A stretch of DNA of 64,000 bases from an uncultured Chloroflexia bacterium (GCA_963797095.1 CAWCNY010000001.1:114061-178060); one strand, 5' to 3'; positions 48,381-58,603 are shown, counted from the stretch's first letter. The notes: a model not told the origin generated them from the sequence alone. Made by a program: numbers and translations.

Positions 48381-48959
48381 TCAGTCACATTCGAGGGTTG
48401 TCGGCTCGGGCAGCCGCAGGTATTGCTCCAACTGCTCGGGCGAGAGGATGGACGTCACCAAGAGGTGCCCTTCGAGTTGCGTGGCGCGCAACTTACCGTG
48501 CAGGCGCCCTATTTCCGCCGATTGCTCGTGAAGGTCATCGATCGACAGCTCGCGCTTTGCAAGAGCCTTGTCGAGCTCGCTTTCGAGCCGGATGATCTCC
48601 AATCCTAGCTCCTTTTCGGCGAGTTCGATCCTGGCCGATATGGCCTCAAGCTCGGCCACCTGCTCCGGAGACAGGGCCAAATACTCAACCAGGCCAAGCG
48701 CGTCTGAAGGAGCCGGGTACCCGCGCAGCCGAGCAGGGGCTGTGTATGGCCCGCGTAGGTCGTCCAGGAGTTGCTCCACGTCCACGGCATCGTAGGCGGC
48801 CGGGACGGCATGAGGTGTCGATGGGGACCAGGATGTGCTGGAGCGCCCTCTTCGTTCCATTTCGACCGCGATAGAGATGGCACTAAACGCGAGCACGCTC
48901 AGGAGTCCCAGGCGAAGCAAGATGTCACCGATGTATCCCAGGAGACTATTCCGCTTCAT
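48381..48959 (-). CDS. Spy/CpxP/ZraP-family periplasmic protein with an N-terminal anchor
   Basis: LSPEQVAELEAISARIELAEKELG and ILSPEQLEQY are LTxxQ-type motifs. N-terminal TM segment ILLRLGLLSVLAFSAISIAV. Confidence 0.6.
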   Translation of the reverse strand: MKRNSLLGYIGDILLRLGLLSVLAFSAISIAVEMERRGRSSTSWSPSTPHAVPAAYDAVDVEQLLDDLRGPYTAPARLRGYPAPSDALGLVEYLALSPEQVAELEAISARIELAEKELGLEIIRLESELDKALAKRELSIDDLHEQSAEIGRLHGKLRATQLEGHLLVTSILSPEQLEQYLRLPEPTTLECD

Positions 48960-49474
48960 GGGAGCGGCCTCCTTTCGGGCGGAAAGCCCAGGTCTACTGT
49001 TAGCAGTTTGCTTCAGCCGCGAACCGGATTAAACAAAAACACCCGAGCCACACTGCGGCAACTCAGGCATCGGGCATTGCAGGTGGGCCTGGCGGGACAC
49101 GTCTCACACCCTACAAATGCTACATCTTCTATTAGTTGTATTATACCATCTTACACCCCGTCCGACCAACCTTGCTTACCTGCTGCGTATGTCGCCGTGC
49201 GTATGTCACAGCCCGATTGCCTCGCCTCTCTATCACAAACCGCATCTCGGGGATTGGGCATCATCGGAGCAGAAAGCAGCCCTGAGTTGTTCATTCTAGT
49301 GTACAATTAGGCTGCCAACCTGTATCATCAGAGCCATGAAGCGCCGGTAGAGCGCCCAGGCGTTGCGCCAAGGAATTCTGAGGGAACAAAGGACCCTCAC
49401 CCGGCTGCACCTGGCAAAATGCTTGAGTGAATCTCAAAGGATTGCAGGCTGAGAAGTAAGGTAAAGGGGGCCAT

Positions 49475-50968
49475 ATGCTGCAAACGGTCGATGTCGGAGA
49501 ACGCACAATTGAAGCTTATCGCGGCGTGGCTCCCGAGCCTATTCTCACTGAGTTGGTCGAACTCGGTGTGCGGCTTCGTGGCTTGAGGGTGCTGCACATC
49601 AACGCCACTCCCTACGGGGGTGGCGTGTCGGAGCTGCTACGCTCGGTGGTACCGCTACTCAACGACCTGGGCCTCGTCGCCGATTGGAAGATCATCAGCG
49701 GCGACGAGAGCTTCTTCAAAGCCACCAAAGCCATCCATAACGGGCTCCAGGGTGCGAAGCAGGGTTTGACCGCTGCCGAGCGCGAGGCATACCTGGCGAC
49801 CTCAGTCCAGAATGCGGCCCTGCTTGAAGAGCAGTATGACGTGGTGTTCGTCCACGACCCGCAGCCCGCCGCCATCTTGCCGCACCGAGGGAAGGATCAC
49901 TCTCGCTGGATCTGGCGCTGCCACATCGACACAGCCCATCCCAACCCCGAGGTCTGGGCTTTTCTGCGCGGCTTCCTCGACCGGTACGACGCGGCCGTTT
50001 TCACGATGAAGGAGTTCGCTCCACCCGATCTGCCTATCAAGCGGGTGGAGATTATCCCTCCGGCTATCGACCCGCTCAGTCCCAAGAACCTTCCTCTGCC
50101 CGAAGGCATAGCACGCCAGGTGTTGGACTTTATAGGTGTGCGACTGAACCGTCGCCTCATCACCCAGGTGGCGCGCTTCGACCCCTGGAAGGATCCTCTG
50201 GGGGTGATTGCAGCCTACAGGCTGGCCCGTGAGCAGGTGCCGCATCTGCAACTCGCCCTGGTCGGCTCTATGGCATTGGACGACCCGGAAGGCTGGGAGG
50301 TGTACAGCACGATCCAGGCCGCGAGCAAGGCCGACCCTCTGATCCACGTCTTCACCAACCTGACGGGGGTGGGTAACATCGAGGTCAACGCCTTCCAGCG
50401 TCTCTCGGACGTGGTAGTGCAGAAATCTATTCGCGAAGGCTTCGGGTTGGTGGTGTCCGAGGCGCTGTGGAAGGGCACGCCGGTGGTGGCGGGCGAGGTC
50501 GGGGGCATCACACTGCAGATGGCCGATGGGGTGGGCGGCCTGCTGGTGGACAGCGTGGAGGAGTGCGCAAAAGCGATTGTCGCATTGCTCGAGGACCCCC
50601 AGCGGGCGGATGAGCTGGCGGCTCGCGGACGAGAGCGGGTGCGCAACTATTTCCTTCTCCCGCGTCTGGTGCTGAATGAGCTGACGCTGGTGGCAGGCAT
50701 CCTGGGTGAGAGACCGGCTGGGGCACCCGTCGGGGCGCGTGTGGGGGCACGCGTCAAAGCAGGACCACCGGTGCCCGTCGCCAGGCGCGACGCGGTCTGC
50801 GGGATGGCGCTGTCGAAAAACCAGGCACACCTGACAACCGACTACGAGGGCCATGCGTATGCATTCTGCTCGGAGGCGTGCCGGGCACGCTTTGTGAAGA
50901 GCCCCGAGACTTACGTCACCTCCACTGGCGGGCCTATGGATCGGCCTACGAATCGTGTGGACGGATGA
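49475..50968 (+). CDS. TreT-like GT4 glycosyltransferase (trehalose synthase-like) with a C-terminal YHS domain
   Basis: [75 protein letters not shown]-terminal [42 protein letters not shown]. Confidence 0.65.
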   Translation: MLQTVDVGERTIEAYRGVAPEPILTELVELGVRLRGLRVLHINATPYGGGVSELLRSVVPLLNDLGLVADWKIISGDESFFKATKAIHNGLQGAKQGLTAAEREAYLATSVQNAALLEEQYDVVFVHDPQPAAILPHRGKDHSRWIWRCHIDTAHPNPEVWAFLRGFLDRYDAAVFTMKEFAPPDLPIKRVEIIPPAIDPLSPKNLPLPEGIARQVLDFIGVRLNRRLITQVARFDPWKDPLGVIAAYRLAREQVPHLQLALVGSMALDDPEGWEVYSTIQAASKADPLIHVFTNLTGVGNIEVNAFQRLSDVVVQKSIREGFGLVVSEALWKGTPVVAGEVGGITLQMADGVGGLLVDSVEECAKAIVALLEDPQRADELAARGRERVRNYFLLPRLVLNELTLVAGILGERPAGAPVGARVGARVKAGPPVPVARRDAVCGMALSKNQAHLTTDYEGHAYAFCSEACRARFVKSPETYVTSTGGPMDRPTNRVDG

Positions 50969-50977
50969 AGAGGCCCT

Positions 50978-51436
50978 CTATTGGGCCGTGTAACCCCCAT
51001 CTATCACAAGCTCGCTGTCGGTGACGAACTTCGATTCGTCCGACGCCAGATAGAGTACCCCATAGGCTACGTCGTCCGGCTCGCCCAGGTGGCCGATTGG
51101 GTGCAGGCTTTCGAGGTGCTTCTGCATCGTCTCGGCATCGCCGCTTGCGTCCATAGCGCCTTGTACCATGGGTGTGACGATGTAGCCCGGGTGTACCGAG
51201 TTGACACGGATATTGTAGCCCGAACGGGCACAGTGAAGCGCGGCCGATTTGGTGAGTAGGCGTACTTCACCTTTGCTGGCGTTATATGACGCCGCTGTCA
51301 ACTCACCGACAATTCCGAGGATAGATGACATGTTGATGATGGAGCAGCGGTTTCCCTTGCTTCCATTTTCGCTTTGCTTCATTGCCTGGATGCCGTACTT
51401 GGTGCCTAGAAACACTCCATCGAGGTTGATGCTCAT
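50978..51436 (-). pseudogene. Short-chain dehydrogenase lacking its Rossmann N-terminus
   Basis: NMSSILG...YNASKGEVRLLTKSAALH...VNSVHPGYIVTPM is present, but TGxxxGxG is absent. An orphan RBS plus MSKANLLFAAMMRIGASS* sits just upstream (to about 51503). Confidence 0.65.
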
Positions 51437-51532
51437 GAGGAAGCGCCAATCCTCATCATTGCCGCGAACAGGAGATTTGCTTTACTCATCGCGGATCCTC
51501 CTTCCACTGTCAAGCTGGTGCTACAGCACCCG

Positions 51533-51993
51533 TCACGCCCCATGCCCGACCTGGGCGAAAGAGTAGAGGGTTGCCGCCAGGTTGGCGATGTAGGTTAGGA
51601 GGGTAATGAAACCGACCGGTTTACTCACCAGGAACGCGTAGCCGATCATGCCCATGAGGCTGACGTAGTAAAGGCCAAGGTACGGCCACAGCAGGGGCGT
51701 ACTGCGAAAGTCGAATTTCAAGATGTAGTCGAGCGTAAACTCGACAGCGCAATAGAGCACCACTAATCCCGGCAAGATGACCAGCCACCAATCTCGCCGC
51801 CAGGCGATGTTAAGCCCGCCAGCAACGGCCATGGGGATCGCCAGCAGCACGACGGCTGTTCCCAGGTCGTGCCCCACTGCGCCATCCCCGCAGCCCGCGC
51901 CAGGAACATGCCTGCCAGCAACAGGTTCATCAGATTGGCGATCACAACAACCGCCAGGTCGAGGGGACGAACAGGATCAGAAACCGTTTCCAT
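51533..51993 (-). pseudogene. Hypothetical polytopic membrane protein, frameshifted (possibly an assembly artefact)
   Basis: ORFs 51763-51993 and 51533-51877 join as ...ARAAGMAQWGHDLGTAVVLLAI if one base is added to the C4 run at 51872-51875. Confidence 0.5.
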
Positions 51994-52399
51994 ACGTGTC
52001 TCCCCAGGCGCACCTTGGTACTCCTACTAACAACCTGCACAACCTCTTCGTCGCCGGGCAACCTGATCGGCAAGCAGGTGAGACCAGGTGATACATGTAC
52101 AGAAGGCTCCGGTCCCTTTTTCAGCTTCTCGAAGCGTCCACTCTGACTAACCTCGCGATTACTCAGAGCTTCCGCCCCATCCACTGTCCAGTTCCTTGGA
52201 GCCCCTGTGGCTCTGGCGGCTCTTCGCCACCTCGGCACTATAACGTGCCGATGTCACCAAGCTGCACTTAGCGCGAACTCGCACATGAAATAGCCCTCCT
52301 CCGCGATCGGTCCATGAGATCGGCCCTGAGTGGGATAAGAAGCTAAATTGGATAGCTAAAATGGTGGCGTGCAGTTGATGGCAGTGGATACTAGAGGAC

Positions 52400-53578
52400 T
52401 TACTGGCGCACCCCAAGGAGCAATTCCATTACCAGCTGGTCCAATTCCCCGTAGCGCCGGCCCCGTCCGGCCAGTGCGGCAAGGTCGAACTGCTGCGCCT
52501 TCAACCCCTCAGCCAACTCTTTGCTGTAGCCATCTGGTGCCGCATGACCTGTGTAGCTACTATCCAACGACTTTATTTCGGCGATCAGACCCTGAATCTC
52601 ACCATCCTGCGCAAATTGCCTGGCCTTATCGCGCAGAATCAGATAAGAACGCATACAGCCTCTCGCGAAGGCCCATACGCCGGCTTCGTCCTCTGTGCGG
52701 TAAGCATGAGCATCGAAGTGGCTGGGCCCGCCATATCCGCTCTCCTCCAGCAATTTGACCAGGAAGAACGCTCGTTTAGGGTTTTCCGATGCGAAGCGGA
52801 AATCCTGGTCATAACGTCCCATCACCTGATCGTTGAGATCTATGTGGAACAGCTTGCCTGCCTCCAGAGCCTGGGCTACGGCGTGCACGAAATTCAGGCC
52901 GGCCATCGTCTAGTGCGCAAACTCAGGGCTGACCCCCACCATTTCGGGGTGGTCAAGGGTGGAGATAAAGTGGAGCATATGTCCAACGGTGGGGAAGTAT
53001 ATGTCGCCACGAGGCTCGTTTGGTTTGGGTTCCAGCGCGAACTGCATATCATAGCCATTGTCGCGGGCATACTCGCACAGGTAGTTGATGGCCTCACGGA
53101 AATGCCTGATGCCTTCTCCAGTATCAGGGTAGGCATCGCTTTCCGAACCTTCTCGACCGCCCCAGAAGACGTAGGTCGTAGCCCCAAGCTCCGCTCCCAA
53201 GTCTATCGCATGCATTGTCTTCTGAAGAGCAAACGCACGTACCGCAGCGTCCGACGAGGTGAAAGCCCCGTCACGAAAGACCGGGTGGGTGAACAGATTG
53301 GTGGTGGCCATAGGCACAACAAGGCCGGTTTCGTCCAGCGCCCGCCTAAAATCGCGCACTATCCGATCCCGCTCGCTGAGAGAGGCATCGAACGGCACGA
53401 GGTCGTTGTCGTGGAAGTTGACACCGTAAGCGCCCAGATCGGCGAGTTTGCGCACTATATAAGAGGGGTCCATTGGCCTGCGAAGGGCATTGCCAAAAGG
53501 ATCGCGTCCCGGGTTGCCTACTGTCCACAGCCCAAAAGTAAACCGGTCATCTTTTACAGGTGTAAATGGGTCAGCCAT
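52400..53578 (-). pseudogene. xylA: Xylose isomerase (actinobacterial type) with one in-frame TAG
   Basis: GAGGAGG then ATG at 53578. [21 protein letters not shown] ... [20 protein letters not shown] ... [36 protein letters not shown]. Both halves are in the same frame and the stop codon is at 52910-52912. Confidence 0.85.
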
Positions 53579-53661
53579 ATCGTGGCTCCTCCTCTTTGGT
53601 CGCCGGTGCCCCTCATAGCTATTGAGCAAGGGGTGCGGATCTGCGAGTTGCCCCAGGCCTG

Positions 53662-53686
53662 CTCCCCTCCCCTCCCCTCCCCGCCC
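53662..53686. repeat. Pentamer array (CTCCC)x4 plus CGCCC
   Basis: Read directly, in the xylA upstream region. Confidence 0.85.
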
Positions 53687-53783
53687 CGCATCGAAGCGCT
53701 GGTTGGCAAAGGCCATTGAAGCTAGATTCCAGTTGATTTCAGAAAGTGGTATGAGGGAGGCAAGTTTGCCAACAGAGTGTAAG

Positions 53784-53797
53784 TCGAAGCGTTTCGA
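53784..53797. promoter_or_regulatory. Candidate LacI-type operator O1
   Basis: TCGAAGCGTTTCGA, an imperfect 14-bp palindrome between the divergent xylA and lacI-family genes. Confidence 0.4.
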
Positions 53798-53817
53798 TTG
53801 TCAATGGGTTTTGGCTA

Positions 53818-53846
53818 TTGACAGCCGCCAGTAAGTGTGCTATCAT
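53818..53846 (+). promoter_or_regulatory. Sigma-70-like promoter for the LacI-family gene
   Basis: TTGACA (53818-53823), 17-nt spacer, TATCAT (53841-53846). Confidence 0.45.
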
Positions 53847-53854
53847 CTTGCTCA

Positions 53855-53868
53855 TTGAAGCGCTTCGA
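53855..53868. promoter_or_regulatory. Candidate LacI-type operator O2
   Basis: TTGAAGCGCTTCGA with the perfect palindromic core GAAGCGCTTC, 9 nt downstream of the -10 box. Confidence 0.45.
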
Positions 53869-53936
53869 CTATGGGTTTCGATAACCGCTTCTATATATGA
53901 GCTATCTGAGCTCTGATATTTTCGCTATCCAGAGGT

Positions 53937-54986
53937 GTGCAATTGCCAACTATGCTTGATGTCGCCCGCAAGGCGGGAGTCGCACTTAGCACTGTATCTT
54001 ATGCGCTGAATGGCACGCGTCCTATCTCGGCGGAAACACGCCAGCGCATATTCGCGGTCATGGAAGAACTTGGCTACAGGCAGCATGCCCTCGCGCGTGG
54101 CCTTGCCACCAAGCGCAGCCGTATTCTAGCTCTACTTTTTTCGGCCCCTGAACGTGGTCTCGGTAGCACAGAACTTGAGTTCGTTACCAACGCAGCGGAT
54201 GCTGCCAAAGAAAACGGCTATCACCTGGTGCTGTGGTCTACCGAGCTGCACAACGCTTCCGAGCTAAAACAACTGACGCAGCAAGGCCTGGCAGACGGCG
54301 TGATCATCATGGAAGTATATCTGGACGACGGTCGAGTGAACCTGCTACGAGAGAGCGGGCTTCCGTTCACCATGATCGGACGCTGCGCTGATGCAGACAA
54401 TATCGCCTATGTGGATATAGATTTCGACCGGACGACGCACGATGCTCTGAGCCACCTGGTGGAGTTGGGGCATACAAACATCGCCTTTTTGAACCAGTCT
54501 CAGGCTGAGTACGATGCGGGCTATGGCCCTGCCGTGAGGGCACAGGCCGGTTTCCTTCAAGCTGCCCAGGCGCTGAAGGTCGATGGGTTTACGCAATTCT
54601 GTCGCGCTTTACCTGCAGCCGGATATGAAGCATTCAACGAGCTTGTGGAAGAGCATCCGGACATAACGGCGCTTATTATCATGAACGACCGAGCTATTCC
54701 GGGTGTTATGCAGGCTATAGCGGATCGAGGCTGGTCGGTCCCTGAAGACTTTTCACTCGTCACCATCGTTTCGTCGGCGCGTGTCGCAGAGATGGTAATG
54801 CCACCTCTCACCGCCATGTCCGCACCTGCCGTCGAATTGGGCCGTCTTGGTGTCGAGCTTCTAATCCAGCAGCTGGAGTTGGGCGAGAAAAACGCCCCCC
54901 AGGAATTGTTGCCATGTCACCTCGTCGTGCGCGGGAGCTCAGGCAATGCCCCGCAGACACTGGTACGCCGGGCCAAAGAGGCGTAA
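53937..54986 (+). CDS. LacI-family transcriptional regulator
   Basis: MLDVARKAGVALSTVSYALNG HTH plus a periplasmic-binding-fold core. The start is either 53937 (GTG) or 53952 (ATG). Confidence 0.85.
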   Translation: MQLPTMLDVARKAGVALSTVSYALNGTRPISAETRQRIFAVMEELGYRQHALARGLATKRSRILALLFSAPERGLGSTELEFVTNAADAAKENGYHLVLWSTELHNASELKQLTQQGLADGVIIMEVYLDDGRVNLLRESGLPFTMIGRCADADNIAYVDIDFDRTTHDALSHLVELGHTNIAFLNQSQAEYDAGYGPAVRAQAGFLQAAQALKVDGFTQFCRALPAAGYEAFNELVEEHPDITALIIMNDRAIPGVMQAIADRGWSVPEDFSLVTIVSSARVAEMVMPPLTAMSAPAVELGRLGVELLIQQLELGEKNAPQELLPCHLVVRGSSGNAPQTLVRRAKEA

Positions 54987-54996
54987 GTGAGGTATG

Positions 54997-55055
54997 AGTT
55001 GTGAGCTACAGGTAATGAGTTAACTTTGGCAACTCATTACCTGTAGCTCACAACT
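54997..55055. terminator. 25-bp perfect inverted repeat with a 9-nt loop, after the LacI gene
   Basis: AGTTGTGAGCTACAGGTAATGAGTT / AACTTTGGC / AACTCATTACCTGTAGCTCACAACT. No U-tract follows. Confidence 0.5.
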
Positions 55056-55151
55056 TCCAAAGCGGGTTTGGTTGGGCAAATATTGCCGGTGAGGTGACAT
55101 AGCTGCAAAGAAGATAGGTACAACGTCAGTACACGCACAAAGGAGAAAGCA

Positions 55152-56603
55152 ATGCACAAGCGACTCTCGCAACTTGTGAGTTTTCCATTGGCTGCGGTTA
55201 TTCTGTTCGGCCTGGTCGCCTGCGGTGGCGATGCCACACCGACGAGTGTCCCCGCACCGACGGCGACCACGGCCCCGGTCGCGCAGGCAACCGATACGGT
55301 AGCTCCGGTTGCACAGGCGACCGATACGGTGGCTTCAGAAGCTCCCGCGACGGCAACCCTTGCGCCCACGCCCACTACCCAAACGTTAGGCAACGCCGGG
55401 GGCAAGGTGCTTAAGATCTGGCATTATGAAGCAGCAGAAAGCGCCATGGGCGCTTCCTGGAACGATGCGATGCAGGATTTTGTCGCCGCGCATCCCGATG
55501 TTCAGATCCAGTTTGAGCTGAAGACTTTTGATCAGATACAGCAGACCGCCCAGATGATCCTCAACTCCAGCGAAGCTCCTGATGTGCTGGAGATCAACAA
55601 AGGCAACGCTACCGCCGGCTTGTATGCCAAGCAAGGCCTACTTACCGACCTGACCGATGTCGCGGCACAACGCGGTTGGGACAAGATCATGAGCCCCAGC
55701 ATCCAGGCAACCAGCCGCTATGACGACCGCGGCATCATGGGCTCCGGCCAACTTTACGGTGTAACTACCTACGGCGAGTTCGTGATGGTCTATTACAACA
55801 AGGATATGTTCGACAAGTACAACCTGAAGGTGCCCACCACGTACGAAGAATTCGAAGCAGTCTGCGATGCCTTTGTCAAGGCAGGAGTCACCCCGCTCGC
55901 CCTGGGCGCTCTGGACAAGTGGCCTGTCACCCAGAACTTCTACGAGTTGGCACTCTACAAGGCCAACCGCGATTTCATCACTAACTACATGACCTTCAAG
56001 GACGACATCGATTTCCACGGACCGGAGTTCACCTACGCAGCGCAAGAGCTGGTAAACCAGTTCAACAAAGGCTACTATGGCAACAACGTCACCGGCGTGA
56101 GCTATGACGACGCCAATGCGTCCTTCGAGCAGGGCAAGTACCCGATGACTCTGACGGGTAGCTGGATGTTCGGGACCTTCCTGAGCACGATCAAGGACTT
56201 CCAGTGGAGTCTGTTCGTGCTGCCGGGCAAGCAGTTCAACACCGGCTCTGGCGGCAACCTCCTTGTCGTACCTGCCGGTTCACAGAACAAGGATCTGGCT
56301 TATGACTTCCTTGATCTGACCCTGGCGAACAAGGCTCAGACGGTCATGGCGAACAACGGCGGTATTCCGGTAAACGCTGATCTCTCTCAGATCACCGAGC
56401 CTCACACCAAGGATCTGAACCAGGCGTTCAGTACGATCGTAGAGAACGATGGCCTGGCTTTCTATCCCGACTGGCCGGCCCCAGGCTATATGGATACGCT
56501 CGGCGGTGGCCTGCAAGAGCTGGTTACCGGGGGGAAAACAACCGACCAGTTCCTCGATGAGATAGCCGGTCCCTGGCAAGACTATAAGTCATCGTTACCC
56601 TGA
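55152..56603 (+). CDS. ABC transporter sugar-binding lipoprotein
   Basis: AAAGGAG RBS. Lipobox LVACGG. Family-1 SBP body. An internal 30-nt repeat encodes APVAQATDTV twice. Confidence 0.85.
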   Translation: MHKRLSQLVSFPLAAVILFGLVACGGDATPTSVPAPTATTAPVAQATDTVAPVAQATDTVASEAPATATLAPTPTTQTLGNAGGKVLKIWHYEAAESAMGASWNDAMQDFVAAHPDVQIQFELKTFDQIQQTAQMILNSSEAPDVLEINKGNATAGLYAKQGLLTDLTDVAAQRGWDKIMSPSIQATSRYDDRGIMGSGQLYGVTTYGEFVMVYYNKDMFDKYNLKVPTTYEEFEAVCDAFVKAGVTPLALGALDKWPVTQNFYELALYKANRDFITNYMTFKDDIDFHGPEFTYAAQELVNQFNKGYYGNNVTGVSYDDANASFEQGKYPMTLTGSWMFGTFLSTIKDFQWSLFVLPGKQFNTGSGGNLLVVPAGSQNKDLAYDFLDLTLANKAQTVMANNGGIPVNADLSQITEPHTKDLNQAFSTIVENDGLAFYPDWPAPGYMDTLGGGLQELVTGGKTTDQFLDEIAGPWQDYKSSLP

Positions 56604-56627
56604 GCCTTTCCAACCTGTCCACATTTG

Positions 56628-56710
56628 TCGCAGGGCGGGGCGAAAAATGAGAAATCTATGGCATCCGAACATCGTATTACGTGATCCTCATTTTTCGCCC
56701 CGCCCTGCGA
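56628..56710. other. Intercistronic 24-bp perfect inverted repeat with a 35-nt loop
   Basis: TCGCAGGGCGGGGCGAAAAATGAG ... CTCATTTTTCGCCCCGCCCTGCGA, between the SBP and permease genes. Confidence 0.6.
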
Positions 56711-56736
56711 TAAATCGTCTTAGCTCATGAAAGGAT

Positions 56737-57720
56737 ATGGGCATGGCAAACAAAGTTGTTGTCGGGGGTAAGGGAGATGAGAGGACATTCGCAGCGGGTG
56801 TAGCGTTGGCTGGGACGCGCCGTAGCACGCGGTTGGACTGGGGCTACGCGGTATTCCTGGTGCCGGGCCTGCTCATCTTCTTATTCCTGGTAGTGATACC
56901 GGTCATAGCCAATTTTGGGGTCAGCTTCACCAGGTGGACGGGTGTTGGTACGCCAACCTGGATCGGGGTTTCCAACTACGCTAAAGCCCTGGGTGACTCG
57001 ATTTTCTGGAAGTCGTTCCTCAACAACCTTTACCTGATCATCGTCATGACAATTGTTCCGACCCTGATCGGATTGTTCCTGGCGGCGGTGCTCTTTGACT
57101 ACATCTACAAGCGGTTCGGGAATTTCGTAACCACCCTGTTCCGGTCTGGGCTTTACCTGCCGCAGATCATCCCCATAGTGGTGTCGGCGATAGTCTGGAA
57201 TTGGATCCTCCAGCCCAACTGGGGAGCTGTCAATACGCTGCTGAACGGTGTGGGGCTTTCGGGACTTGCCCAGAATTGGCTTGGCGATCCTGCCACTGCT
57301 CTCCCTTCAGTCATGGTGATGCTCATCTGGTTTCAGATAGGCTACCCGCTGGTGATCTTCATGGCGGGTATGCAGCGCATTGACAGCGAGATATACGAGG
57401 CAAGCTCTCTCGATGGTGCTACCTGGTTGCAGCGATTCTGGCGCATCACAGTGCCCCTTGTGCGGCCAGAACTATATGTGGTGGTGCTAACCACCATAAT
57501 AGCCACGCTGAAAACCTTCGGCCCCATCTATGCGATGACCCGTGGCGGGCCGGGCAATTCTACAATAGTTGCCTCGTATTTCTCCTACAAGAACTTCTTC
57601 GAAAACGCCAATGTCGGCTATGGTGCAACCATGTCTACGGTGCTGACGCTAATTGTGCTGGCAATAACTGTAGTTTACATCAGGGTCCAAACGCGCCAGG
57701 AAACCCGGGAGGCTGCTTAA
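56737..57720 (+). CDS. ABC sugar permease (MalF-like)
   Basis: EAA loop EASSLDGATWLQRFWRITVPLVRP. Six TM segments. Confidence 0.85.
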   Translation: MGMANKVVVGGKGDERTFAAGVALAGTRRSTRLDWGYAVFLVPGLLIFLFLVVIPVIANFGVSFTRWTGVGTPTWIGVSNYAKALGDSIFWKSFLNNLYLIIVMTIVPTLIGLFLAAVLFDYIYKRFGNFVTTLFRSGLYLPQIIPIVVSAIVWNWILQPNWGAVNTLLNGVGLSGLAQNWLGDPATALPSVMVMLIWFQIGYPLVIFMAGMQRIDSEIYEASSLDGATWLQRFWRITVPLVRPELYVVVLTTIIATLKTFGPIYAMTRGGPGNSTIVASYFSYKNFFENANVGYGATMSTVLTLIVLAITVVYIRVQTRQETREAA

Positions 57721-57721
57721 C

Positions 57722-58603
57722 ATGGCTACCGGCAGCATATCCGTCCCCAGAACCGGGACACTCGCCCCCAAAACCAAACCTATCCGCCGCCTAACAGATT
57801 GGGTGCCTCTGATATTGCTCGCTGTGCTGGTGTTGATTATGCTCTTCCCGTTGCTGTTGATCATAGTCAATTCCTTCAAGACTGAGGCAGAGTACAACGT
57901 CAACGGCCCGTTCGCCTTACCCCAAAGTCTCAACTTCGACGTGCTGGTCAGCACCTGGCAAAGCACCGACTATCCCACCAAGCTGGTGAACAGCATAGTT
58001 ATCAGCGCAGGCACCGCGCTACTGGCAATAGTGCTCTCGTTGTTCAACGCTTTCGCCCTGGGCATCGGCAAGATCAAGGGAAGAGGACTATTTCTGCTCT
58101 TTTTCCTGCTGGCAATTACGCTGCCGACGGAGTCACTGATCTATCCTCTTTACTACTTCTTCAAGCTGGTACACCTGTATGACACCCAATTGTCGGTTAT
58201 ACTCATTACGGCAGCTTTGCATAGTGCGTTTGGCACTTACCTGCTAACTTCGGTGTTCCAATCGTTCCCAATCGAGTTACTTGAAGCGGCAAGAATTGAT
58301 GGGGCTAATAAATTTCAACTGCTGTGGAGATTAGTTATACCCCTGAGCACACCTTCACTGTCGGTGCTCTTCATCTTCTTCTTCATCTCGACCTGGAACG
58401 ACTTCTTCTTACAGCTTATCTTCCTCATTTCCAATTCGAAACAAACGGTGCCGCTCGCGGTGCTGGTTGCCCGTGGGGAACACGGATCGGTGATCACGAC
58501 GCAGGCTGTGGCAGCCCTGCTCGGCATCCTACCTTGCATCATTTTCTTCGTGCTTTTCCAGAGGACGCTGACAAAGGGTATCGCAGTAGGCAGCATAAAA
58601 TAG
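57722..58603 (+). CDS. ABC sugar permease (MalG-like)
   Basis: EAARIDGANKFQLLWRLVIPLSTP. Starts 2 nt after the upstream stop. Confidence 0.85.
   Translation: MATGSISVPRTGTLAPKTKPIRRLTDWVPLILLAVLVLIMLFPLLLIIVNSFKTEAEYNVNGPFALPQSLNFDVLVSTWQSTDYPTKLVNSIVISAGTALLAIVLSLFNAFALGIGKIKGRGLFLLFFLLAITLPTESLIYPLYYFFKLVHLYDTQLSVILITAALHSAFGTYLLTSVFQSFPIELLEAARIDGANKFQLLWRLVIPLSTPSLSVLFIFFFISTWNDFFLQLIFLISNSKQTVPLAVLVARGEHGSVITTQAVAALLGILPCIIFFVLFQRTLTKGIAVGSIK

Noticed and set aside
49802-50854. 350-aa minus-strand ORF.
   Set aside because: It is antisense to the TreT-like gene and has no motifs. This is a typical high-GC shadow ORF.
133-53686. Whether any of the tandem repeat arrays could be CRISPR arrays.
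   Set aside because: The units are 5-11 nt (up to 21 nt) and strictly head to tail, with no unique spacers. No cas genes are in the window.
52544-53719. 391-aa plus-strand ORF.
   Set aside because: It is antisense to xylA, which has unmistakable xylose isomerase sequence on the minus strand.
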